A DNA stretch of 64,000 nucleotides from the human T2T-CHM13v2.0 reference genome, Homo sapiens, in assembly GCF_009914755.1 (NCBI RefSeq), contig NC_060925.1. The stretch is one strand, 5' to 3'. How positions within the stretch are numbered: the first letter of the stretch is position 1; each line of letters starts with the position of its first letter. A program made the translations under genes and the position numbers. The notes beneath the pieces are model-generated. The model had not been told where the DNA came from. It searched no databases and saw only the letters and a program-made list of their open reading frames with translations. Shown here piece after piece: positions 1 through 12,559 of the stretch.

Positions 1-679
1 AGTATGTTTCATGAGAATTTGAGGGTTTCTGGTTTCTGGCCAAGATAGGAAAGCAGCGGGAGTGGCAAGCTCCCTGTTGCATAATCAGCCCTGTAGAAAC
101 TATAGAGCTAGATGGAAGCTAGGAATCCTTGTAGAGATTTAAGGCTGTTTTGAACCATTTTGAGTGTTAGGGTAGGCTGGTGAGAGGGTTAGTCAGAGGA
201 AAGCTTTTTAAGTCTGCCCTTGACTTTTTCCAGAATTACCTTGTAACAGATATTGCCTGCAGCTTCACTGCCAAAATTGGAGACAAAAGCTCAGGGTGTG
301 CATGCTGATACTGCAGAGTATTATCAGGGCAGTGCAAAAGCCTTGGTAGCAAGAAGTGTTGATGGAAACAAATGTAGACTGACTTGTAGTCCTTGGATAT
401 TCATTTCTCCTCCTCTTTCCTGTCCAAAACCCTTGGGCTGGTGTATTCCTCTCCCAAGGAGGCTTCTCACTAAGGATTTAAAGTAAAAACTCTGACACAG
501 GAGTTGCCTAATGTATAAGCAGCAAACCAGAATGATCAGTAGTATTTACGTGGTGCCTGGGGTTCTGTGGCTTTGGGCTCATCTCCCACGCCCTTCAACT
601 CACTGATTCGGCCAGGGTCCTTGTTGCAGCCCCTTCCTCAATTTACCTTATCAGCTAGAGGATCAAGGGGAAGTGGCCA

Positions 680-1180
680 AGGTAAATAGATATCAGACCA
701 TTTTTCTTTCATTCAAAGTGGACAAGTGAACGGCCATAAGTTCTACAGCCTAGGGGGAATTTCCTGTTACCATGCCTTTCAGGGCCACCCATGAGTGTAG
801 TAGCTGTCTACTTCTGGCTGTTCCAGTGTAATGTGCAGAGCAGGCCTGAACTTTTTCTCTTTTATTAACTAGTCATTACGTAGGTCCAGTCTTGCATATA
901 TCATTCATATTAAATAATGGAATGCATGTCTCAACTTGAAGATTTCGTTGAGGAGTAGCTCCAGTCACATCATCACTTGGCAGTCTATCATAAAGTTGTC
1001 AGTCTCTCCCAGAACTCACCAGCAAGTCAGGAGCTGCTTTTCAATGGGAAAAAGCCTGTTGGCAGCAGAGGACATGGCTTACTCCAAAACCCTAGGACTC
1101 TGCACCCGGATTCTCCTATTGGGATTTGTTAGAAGCTCCATATAGCTATATCTGCCACAACACTTCAGATACTCTTGAGT
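680..1180 (-). mobile_element. ERV-L class internal (pol) remnant
   Basis: Frameshifted minus-strand translation gives LGFWSK..SAANR.FPIEKQLLTCW.VLGET and VELMAVHL. These resemble ERV-L pol (LGFWSKALPS..YSPFEKQLLACYWALVET; AELRAVHL). The element may extend towards base 1. Confidence 0.7.
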
Positions 1181-1846
1181 GAATTTTGAATGAGCAGGGA
1201 ACTCTCAGGCTGCCATGTTGGGAAAGTGCTTTCTAGGAGTTCCATGAGCAAAGGGCACAGTGGTGTTTAGGAACTTCTAGCACTGTAACAGAGCTAAAGT
1301 ATATCATTTAATTTGGGAGAGAGGTAGAGAAATATGTGGGGAACCAGTGCTGAATGTATGCTATCCTAGGTATTTATATTTTATCCTGTAAGCCAGTAGT
1401 TTCCAAACTGTAGGGTGCATCAGAGTGCTGGGAGACTTGGTAAAACATGGATTGTGGGTTTGGGGTGGGATCAGAGATTTTGTATTTACAAAAGTTCCTG
1501 GGTGATGCTGATAGTGCTGATTTGGGAACTACACTTTGAGCACTACAGAAAACAAGTAGTTTTAAACAGGAGACTAACACAATCAGATTTAAGTTAACCA
1601 AGATCACTCACAGGTAGATGTATGGCAGATTGATAGGAAAGATACAGCACAGGAGAAATAAGGCTAGTTGGAAAACAATCAAAATGATTGTGTTAAGAAA
1701 GTAAAGGGCTTGCGTTAAAGTTAGCAATAGAATTGAGAAATAGGGAAAAAACCTCATTTCAATGAGTATTTAGCACTTAGTAAATGCCAGGTACTCCACT
1801 TTGAATTTTGATGTCTCTCTGGATTTTTTCAAAGCATCTGAAATCT

Positions 1847-1901
1847 TGGCAGAGAAGGAAGTACTATAATGGCAGAGAACGAAGTGCTATAATGGCCGAG
1901 A
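1847..1901. repeat. 23-bp tandem repeat, ~2.4 copies
   Basis: TGGCAGAGAA(G/C)GAAGT(A/G)CTATAA. Confidence 0.85.
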
Positions 1902-3315
1902 ATGGGATAAACTTTCTTTGGGGGAACATAAATGTGATTTAATCCCTAGAAAGAAAATGTTTGTAACAAACTTAGAACCAGGTATCAGCAAAACTAAATC
2001 ATATTTTAACCACCACAGGATAGAAAAATTTTAGATTTTCTATTTAAGAAGGAAGAATCCATTTTCACCTTCTAAATGATGCTGAATGACAAAAAGTTAT
2101 GGTTCTATAGTTTTATATTGAATTATAGAATTATATTACTCTTGTATATAAAAGAATCACATCATTCAGTCAAACACTTAGCTTTTGGTAATATATTTTT
2201 TTAAACAAGTGAGGAAAACATTGCGTAATGCTGGTAAATGACTTCCCACAAGCTAATGGGTAGTAGAGCTTGAACTGGGTTTACTCAGTGCTGGTCTGGT
2301 GTTCTGCAGTAACCACACAATTGGTTATTGCCAATGGCTAAAAATAAAATTCAAACTTCTTCCTAGTATTTATGACTGTTTGCAATCTGATATCAACTTA
2401 CCTTTTCCGTTTTACATATTGAAACTCCAACTCTAGGCTTGTTTGTAAGATAAGCCATACATAAACCATCTACTTATGTTTAGTCTCTGCAAGAAAGAAT
2501 GCCCAACAATTTTTCTCTTCATGGGGTTCCCATTCTACTCCCATCTTCTATTTGTCAAAATCAAGGTCCAGCTCATGTGTGAGACATTTCTGATGTTTTT
2601 GAGAACCAGTCATTTTCTTATTCTGCTCATCTCCTTGTAGAGCTTATTACAATCTGCCTTGCATAATAATAATTATGTTAATCTTCCTCATTAGATTGAG
2701 CCTCCTTGAAAATGGACTTTTCTTCCCCCACATTTAGGTCAGTCCTTATAGAAAACAATTTTTCAACAAATGTTTGTCTAATTTATGCTGAATAATTGAA
2801 ATAGTAAACATTTTGTGAAATTAATTTGTTGATATTTTTATTTAAGAAAGACATCCAAGGAGGCAGATTATATAAAATGTTTTTGAAACACAATGAATTG
2901 GAATAATTTTAGAAAACTAGACTATTCTGAATTAAATATTAAATACAGTTTATCACAGTGATAGTTTAGTTGATAACTTGAAATATTCATTTGTCAAGTA
3001 AATGTTCTTCAGGACTCGAATTAATAAACAGATTAAAAATGTGATTAGCATGCCAATTGTTGAAATTTCCAACTAAACTTCAAAATGATTGCAAGTGTTT
3101 TTAACATTTCTCTTATAACTTATATTCACTATTTAAATAAACTTTTCTTAGTCCAAAATGCTTGAATTAGAATATTGTCATTCATTATTTTTGAACAACT
3201 TAAATATATGCCATGTTCTGATAGCCTACTTTCAATGCTTAAGAGTACAATGAAATATGCCATATGAAAATTATGATAAAAAACAGAGCATGTACTTGAT
3301 TTAGAAGATACTACA

Positions 3316-3535
3316 TCCAGCCTGGGTAACAGAGTGAGACCCCCCATCTCTACAAAAAAATTAAATATAAAAAATTGGCCAGGCATGGTGGCACATAACT
3401 GTGGTCCCATGTACTCAGGAGGCTGGGGCGGGAGGATCACGTGAGCCCAGGAGCTCATGGCTGCAGTGACCCATGTTTGTGCTACTGCACTCCAGCCTGG
3501 ATAACATAAAGCGAGACTCTGCCTCAAAAAAAAAA
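3316..3535 (+). mobile_element. 5'-truncated Alu (J-like)
   Basis: Partial left arm, right arm and A tail; TSD AGAAGATACTACA at 3303 / 3535. Confidence 0.88.
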
Positions 3536-4579
3536 GAAGATACTACAGGATCTTAGAGTATGCCATTCATTTTCATTACAAACATCTATTGTGCAATAAT
3601 AATATTTTAAATCATTTATTATGTGGTAGGTACTGTCACCTGATACACAAGTATATTTACAGTATGTTTTATGCAATATTTATTTTAGCTATAAGAACTA
3701 AATATCTTTAAGTGTGAAAAATTAACCGAGAGATGAAAAGATTCGCACAAGATTGTAATCGATTACCACTGTACAAACAGCACAATGACTTGAACCAGGT
3801 CTCTTGGTTCAATCTAAAACTTGTGCTCTTAATTGGCATACTGAACAGCTTCCTTCAATTATAATAGTTGTGGAAATGATAGAAAAGTGACACATCTCAT
3901 CATTTCAATTTGTTAACTTGAATTCTGAAGGAAAAGTAGAACGCAGAAGGCCCACCAAAAAATTTTACTTGGATTTTCACGTTATCTCTAGTCCATATAA
4001 ATCAACATTCTCTGCATTTTTGATTGGCAGATATAAACTTCAGCCCTGCTTCTGGTAAAATTACAACAAAACCTTAATTATGTTATATTGAACTATTAGG
4101 GTTATATTTTAATGATGGTTTTCAGGTCAAATTCTTAATTTAAAAAAATGTACTGGGTAAGTTCAGTGTTGTAAAATTAATTACCAAATGTGGCAAAATA
4201 TTTTTGGATAACATTTACTAGCATTCCTTTTCCAGTATAACTGAGGAACAAAATGAAAAATATTTGGCGGTTTTTGGGAACCTACACTTTGCATTTATTT
4301 CAAGTTTAAAATGGAGAAAATTATCTCATTACCAGCTAATGACTTTCAGGGTTTGACAATCTTTTACCTCCCCCCTACCCCAGCAAATGGAAGGAAGATT
4401 GACTCCAGGTTTTATGTTTTTGGTCTACAATAGAATTACTCAAAAATTTCTACTCTTATATGAAATGTTTTTTTCTTAAAGACATTATATTTCTTTTTGT
4501 CATTGCTATATCTTGGCCTTAAAATTACTGTAATGATTATCTTCAATAGCTTTAAGTTATTCTTTTCATTGAAAATATT

Positions 4580-5043
<464 letters not shown>

Positions 5044-5686
5044 TTAAACCTCGTGCAGTTTTTCCATATGTATGTTATTGTAGAACTAGTGTTAAATTAG
5101 CTTACTGTCCACATTTGTTCTTGTCTCTTCAATGTTTATTCACCATAACCTTGGAGATGTGGAGTAATCTGGAGTCCATGCCAGAGGGTTTCCTCTAAGT
5201 ATACACAGATGAGATAATGCATGTAAAATATTGAGGACTAAGCCAGACACACAGTAGTTGCTTGCTCATGGAGCACCTACATATTCTTATTATTAAATTT
5301 ATTCTTCCCCCTCTATCACCCCACCTCCTTTTCCTCTTTCCATTTTCCATTTCTGTATTTCCAATTACTCATAATAAAATTTATTTGAATTTCAGCTAAG
5401 AGTTATTTCCTCCCCCATTTGCCACCTTCAGTTGTTCATTGTTGCCATGCAACTATAAAACATGCTATCTTTAGTCCCTGGGAAAACTGCATATGGTTTA
5501 ACAAATCCTGTGTTTATTTTCTCCCAAGTATTTGCTTACTGGATACATACATAATGGAGAGTGGGGCATAGAGGGAGGTGATCAGTGTGTGTTTCTTCAG
5601 AACTCCTAATGTTACATGTTGTAATTAGAGGCTATATTTGCTGGGAAAAACAAGTTAGTAAATTTATCTTATGATTCATTTATAGC

Positions 5687-5734
5687 TTCTTATAAACAAG
5701 ACAATTTCTTATAAACAAGACAATGTCTTATAAA
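5687..5734. repeat. 19-bp tandem repeat, ~2.5 copies
   Basis: TTCTTATAAACAAGACAAT. Confidence 0.85.
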
Positions 5735-6503
5735 TAATATTGCTTTTGGCAGACAATCATAGAATTTTTAATGACTCATACTTGACTTTATAGTTGATAC
5801 TTTAAGGTTGTTGGGAATACCAAATGCTGAGTGGAAATATTGTAGATTGATAATGTGGGTTGAACTCTAAGCCTAGATATAAATTGAAGACCTAATACTT
5901 TTAATTAATTGTTTTTAATTTATCTTAAGTAGTAACAAAGGTTAATCAATGTTATCCAATTATATTTACTGATATCTATTATATATATAATACTATGGGA
6001 GAATCTGGACAGGATACCAAAGAGGAATATGGAACATGGTTTCTATCATCAAGGACTTATCTTGCTGGATTTCATAATTTACCGTATATGAAAAAAGTCA
6101 GTATATATACAAACAAAACTTTGTTGTAAATAAAGTTTTTTACAATAGATGTGTATTAGGAACTCAGAAAAATGAGAGACTAGGTGGGCTGATATGCCAC
6201 CGTTTCTATTTACATCTCTAGATCCAACCTCCAACCCTCTCCTCTCTCCTGGAGGCATCTGCAGCCTGGGCCATATCAGCAGAGACTCCATTCCCTCTGG
6301 CCTTGGGCTTAATTCAATGTTGAGTCTAGGTAGGTAATCCGAGGGTGGGACTGGAATGAGGTCGGTAGGCACATTTGTGGAACCTGGGACAAGAATACAA
6401 ATAGAGACCCAGATACCATAAGCCTAACTATTTAAAACTGCTTGATAATCAACTGTCAAATAATATATGTTTTATACTTCTATTTTGGCCAATATATCTT
6501 CAT

Positions 6504-6561
6504 AGTGATCGGAATGGATAAGTCCAAATTTAAGTGATCGGAATGGATAAGTCCAAATTTA
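6504..6561. repeat. Perfect 29-bp tandem duplication
   Basis: AGTGATCGGAATGGATAAGTCCAAATTTA x2. Confidence 0.95.
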
Positions 6562-7116
6562 GAGTTCTCCAATTCAATAGTTCCACACTGGAATATAGGG
6601 ATGTGGGAGAAACAGGTCTCTGCCTGAAGCGTACCCCATTCTTTTTCTATCCAGCTCTGTTCTGTCCTTCCCTAATCCCCACTTTACCCTGGCCAAAAGC
6701 TGCTCCTTAGCCATCTCTCAGACATAGGGATGCTGGCTACCTGGACCCTGGTGAAGCCTATGCACATTCTGGAGGCAGGCTGGGGGCCACTTGGGCAGGG
6801 AAATCAGGGATCCTGGGTGTGTAGAATGTGGTCTAGAAAGGAGGGCATGAATTCTGGGTGGCCATTCCCCCTTGCCCTTGTGGGCTCCCTACCTTGGGTG
6901 GTATGCAGCTAAAGGAATGCCAGAGCAGAACTTCTGCCCAGCTCTAAGGGTAATATTGGGTCAAGGTATTAATTTCCCCAAGTGCTTTCCTTCTAGATTG
7001 CCTTGGCCTACATGTTTCCTTCAAGCAAATGTCATAGCTCCTCTTAAAATGAACTCTCTCTACAGAACTTTTTAATTCCTCATGTCTTTGGATTTGGGGA
7101 TAAAAACAGCCCTGGG

Positions 7117-7492
<376 letters not shown>

Positions 7493-8180
7493 TTATTAAA
7501 CCTTCACCAAATACCTTAACTTGGATGTACCATTTGTTTCCTGTGTGAGCATGCCCAATACAGCTGGTTCCTTAAGTGAGATTTTACAGCAAAAGTGAAT
7601 TCGACATAGCCTTGAGGGGAACTTTCACTTTCTAAGTAAGAAAAAACAGAATTTAGAAATTGAAAGGGCACAAAAGATTATAGAATCCAACCTTTCCACC
7701 CTATGTCAATACACTGGCTTCTTCCTTTGATATTTTGACATGGCTGAAAGATATTCTTCTCTTTGAAGTTTTTCTTAGTTTCACACCTTCTGGTGTTCTG
7801 TCACATGCTCGCAGATATTGATAATGAATCTGCCATGTACCTTATGATGATTCACTTCTCTTCCTACTTTTCTTTAGTCAAATTTCTGTGAGCTCTTTAT
7901 TCATACAATGCATTGTGAAGTCATTGTGCTTTCACTTGATGGGAATGCATCATTTGCTTAGTATTATAGGTTTTCTCTTCTCTTTTCTCATTAGTCCAAG
8001 ACAAAGTAATACTATTTAGTGCTATAGCAATCATAACCATGAAGGCAAATTTGAGCCCTGAAACTCTGTGGTAGTATCCTGTTTTCAAAGAGTTATTCAG
8101 ATGAACCAGAATATATTACATTACTTTTTGGGGAGGAGGTGGTAAAATATGTACATTATCTTCATTGAAGTGGTTTATCA

Positions 8181-8212
<32 letters not shown>

Positions 8213-8216
8213 GTCA

Positions 8217-8400
<184 letters not shown>

Positions 8401-8483
8401 AAAAGTCCATACAATTATGTATCAATTACAAATTTAAAAATATTTAAAAAGTCATTTGTCTTTTTCATTCTTGTTCCGAGTAA

Positions 8484-8692
8484 CCAGTGCTGTTTTCCAA
8501 TGGTTAAATGATACAATGTCTTTATTACACCAGCTCCTGAGAGCTGATTGTGTACAACATTCCCAACTCTGTTTAGAGGTGTCATGTAGATAGCTGGAAC
8601 TCAGCCATGGTGAAGTATTTACACAATGAAAATTAGCAAAATCGAGGCTTTTTCATGAATAGCTGGTTAAACGATTACCAGCCCATCACTAG
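8484..8692. mobile_element. hAT element (MER63-like)
   Basis: CCAGTG...CACTAG ends with internal GAGAGCTGATTG..CAGCCATGGTGAAGTATTTACAC. Confidence 0.55.
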
Positions 8693-8744
8693 CTGTTAAC
8701 ATAAATAAACAAAGACTCATTGCAGTCCTATAATACATATATAT

Positions 8745-9494
<750 letters not shown>

Positions 9495-10199
9495 TAACTG
9501 TGTAAAAGAATTCTGAGACCAAAAAGTCTAAGAATGACTTGGTACAGTGATTGCTTATCTATGGAGCGAGAAAGTCTTACTAGGGGAAAAATAAAAAAAA
9601 AAAAAAAAAAAAAGGGACTTTGGACTTCCAGACACTCGACCCTATCAAATCTTTTGCAGATTCATACTGTTGCCTTCACCAAATGCCACCACTGCCATTC
9701 TCCCATGGGGGTCATTGTTGACCCAGTCTTTCCCCCAAAGACCAAGAGGGTCTGGGGTTGAATGATGAGCTTCTTCTTAAATTTGAAGAGCCCAAAGGCT
9801 GCTAGGAAGGAAGGGGCTGCAACCTCCCGTAGCAAACACCAAAGATCTATCACCTTACGTCCTATAGCTACTTGTGGACAAAAAATGGAACTTTAAGGTA
9901 CTGCTAGGAAAAGAATGGCATCAGATCAAGTTTTCCAGATAATGGATTCCAACTCCAGCAAGTGGGATAAGAGGTTCATGACACAAATATATTTGTATTA
10001 GGTGAATCAATCACCAGGATACCAAGATCGGTTACTTTCACAAACTGCTCTGAGGCAACTTAAATACGGAAGGAACTTCAGAGCCAGCTCTTCGGCTCCA
10101 GGCTCCTTTTTAACTACTTATTGTGGTGTGGAAAATATCAGCTTGCTGAGGATTTATCATCTTAATAGAGAGCTCCTTGGGAAGGAAAAGGGTGAAATT

Positions 10200-11135
10200 T
10201 AAAAAAAGGATCTTCATTAAATAGGGAGTTGATTATGTTGCAGAATCGTATCTTCTTGTTTTGCGACACGTTGGAAACATAAACTTTAGAGCTTTTTCAT
10301 CTCCACTGCACAGAGGTCTGATTGCTTCTGTTTAAAAATGGGGATCTGCTGATGGATTTCAGCCAGCTTCTTCAGGTCTATGTCTGAATACATGATTGTT
10401 TCTTCCTTGAGAGCCCTAGCAGCAAAGGTTCACTACAGTGCTGTGTCCCCAGGCAACATAGGAGGCTTTGTCATCTTGGGCAGGAGAATGTGGCCACATA
10501 CACCTGATTATCAAGAGCCTGAAGCAATTCCCAGTGGGCTGGTCCAGTGGTCAAACTGAAAGCCCCTGGATAAACCAACAGCTGGCAGCCTTTCCGTGTG
10601 TAGATTTGTGCAAGCTCTGCAAACCAGTGTCATAGCAGATGCCCCGACTCATTCTGCAGTAAGGAGTATCAAATGTGGAGAAACTGTTGCCTGGACTCAA
10701 CATTGTGGATTCTTGAAACGTCATTTTTCCAGGAACACCAGTGTTAAGCAGATGGACCTTTCTGTGCTTTACTAGTAAAGTTCCATGAGGTGCAAACACA
10801 GCATAGGTGTTATCTAATTTCCCAGCATCCTCTTCAGGGATGGAACCTCTAGTGAGGTTGTATTCCTTTGCTACTTCAGAAAGCTTCTGTGTGGATTTAC
10901 CAGGAATTTTCGCTGCATATTCAGGAAAATATTTTGTGCCATATGGAGAATTAAAGCATTCCAACAAAGAAACCATTTTGGCTCCTTGCGTTGCTGTCTC
11001 CCGGACAAGGCTACAAGCTCGAGTGTTGTTATCTGATTTGATGAAGAAACTTGAAGCTGGATGAGGGCCAAGTGGAAAGTTGCCCTGGCTCTCCTGGGAA
11101 GCAACAGCAGCAGCACTGGCTGAGTGCAGGTGTCC
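10200..11135 (-). pseudogene. Processed pseudogene of NIT2 (omega-amidase, nitrilase family)
   Basis: Intronless minus-strand match from (AGG)[14 protein letters not shown] at 11086, through [43 protein letters not shown], to the AVEMKKL-TAA stop at 10286-10288. The start codon is lost (AGG), with frameshifts and small deletions. The UTR limits are approximate and no TSD was found. Confidence 0.93.
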
Positions 11136-11167
11136 CTGTATTACTTTTCTAAGTCACAGAAACATAA

Positions 11168-11496
<329 letters not shown>

Positions 11497-11534
11497 TAAG
11501 ACTCTCCTCCCCCAGTACATCTGCTAACCTTAAG

Positions 11535-12230
11535 TTGAGAAATATGGATTTTCGGGACTGAATTGATGTGAGAGGTGAGGGAAGAGGAAAAATCCTGATA
11601 CGACGACTCCACAATGTCTGGTCTGGGAGTGCTTGGTGATCCTATTAACTGAAATCAGGAGTAAAAAAAAGAAAAGATAGATGCAGGAGAAATGATGAGG
11701 TCAGTTTTGTTCAGTCTCAATTTGGGTTTCCTACAGTACATTCCCTTTCTGGTAGAATAAGCTGGAGGTGGAGACATTTGGTAGACAACAACGTCTGTGA
11801 AACCGAGAATGTTGATGTGACCATACAGGAAGAACATGCAAAGCTAAGTAAGAAGGGAAGTTTGTCGAGGAAAAACTGTCGGTGAATGCAACTCCTGGAG
11901 ACTAGCAGTTAGCAAGGAGCAGGGTGGGGACGGGGAGAGGAGAGGTAAGGAAGCCAAAAGAGGACAAAATTTAAGAAGAATGAAATGGGCAACGCAGACC
12001 AAGTAAGATAAAAACCTAAAAGAATTACTTGTATTTGGTAATTAAGATATGATAGTGATTTCACTCCACTGAAATTGCATAGTAAGTGAAATTTCAGTAG
12101 TGTGGGGGCAAAGTCTGATCACAGTGCTTCTAAGAGCAGAGAAGTGAGGAAATTTCGTAGCTAATAATTCAAGACTGTTTTGCTTTGTTGTAAAAAGCGT
12201 AGTTGGAGGGGACTGGACTTGAAAACAATG
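11535..12230 (-). mobile_element. L2 LINE remnant upstream of the GIPC2 CpG island
   Basis: Purine-rich antisense L2 signature. The reverse complement around 12005 (TTTATCTTACTTGG) corresponds to the L2 RT motif LILLDL. Confidence 0.65.
11985..12002 (+). CDS. GIPC2: Candidate coding end of an alternative first exon (MGNADQ) that could splice in frame to exon 2
   Basis: gaaATGGGCAACGCAGACCAA|GTAAGA: good Kozak context (-3 G, +4 G), six codons and a phase-0 donor matching the phase-0 acceptor of exon 2. No transcript evidence is available here. Confidence 0.5.
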
Positions 12231-12559
12231 CAATAAACGCGAGGTAGGGAATTGAGGGAACTCACACTTCACACCGAATGGCCTCAATTTTCTTTGTACT
12301 ATATGAGGCAAGGTCCTCTGTAGAGACTAAGAAGGGCAGAGCTGGGGCAAATGGCTTTGGAGGCGTGCTGAATGTTGGGAGAGGAAGCAGCCCAGGAAAT
12401 AGGCAAAAGGGAAACTCAGAGGTGCCAAGGACCCGGCTGAGGGGGTTTATGAATACAACGTAGCACCAAGCTCAAGGTTATGTGACTTTCTCTTCCAATT
12501 CTGCCCTGCAGAGCGTAAGACGCAGAAAATGCAGACGAAGGTTGACTTCTACTTAAATC

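Noticed and set aside
9586-9613. Long A tract as the NIT2 pseudogene poly(A) tail
   Set aside because: Wrong strand (a minus-strand retrocopy needs a T tract on +), and no matching TSD was found.
12062-12102. Hairpin (ACTGAAATT...AATTTCAGT) as a possible L2-derived pre-miRNA
   Set aside because: Only about 41 nt with an AU-rich ~16-bp stem, too short for a Drosha/Dicer substrate.
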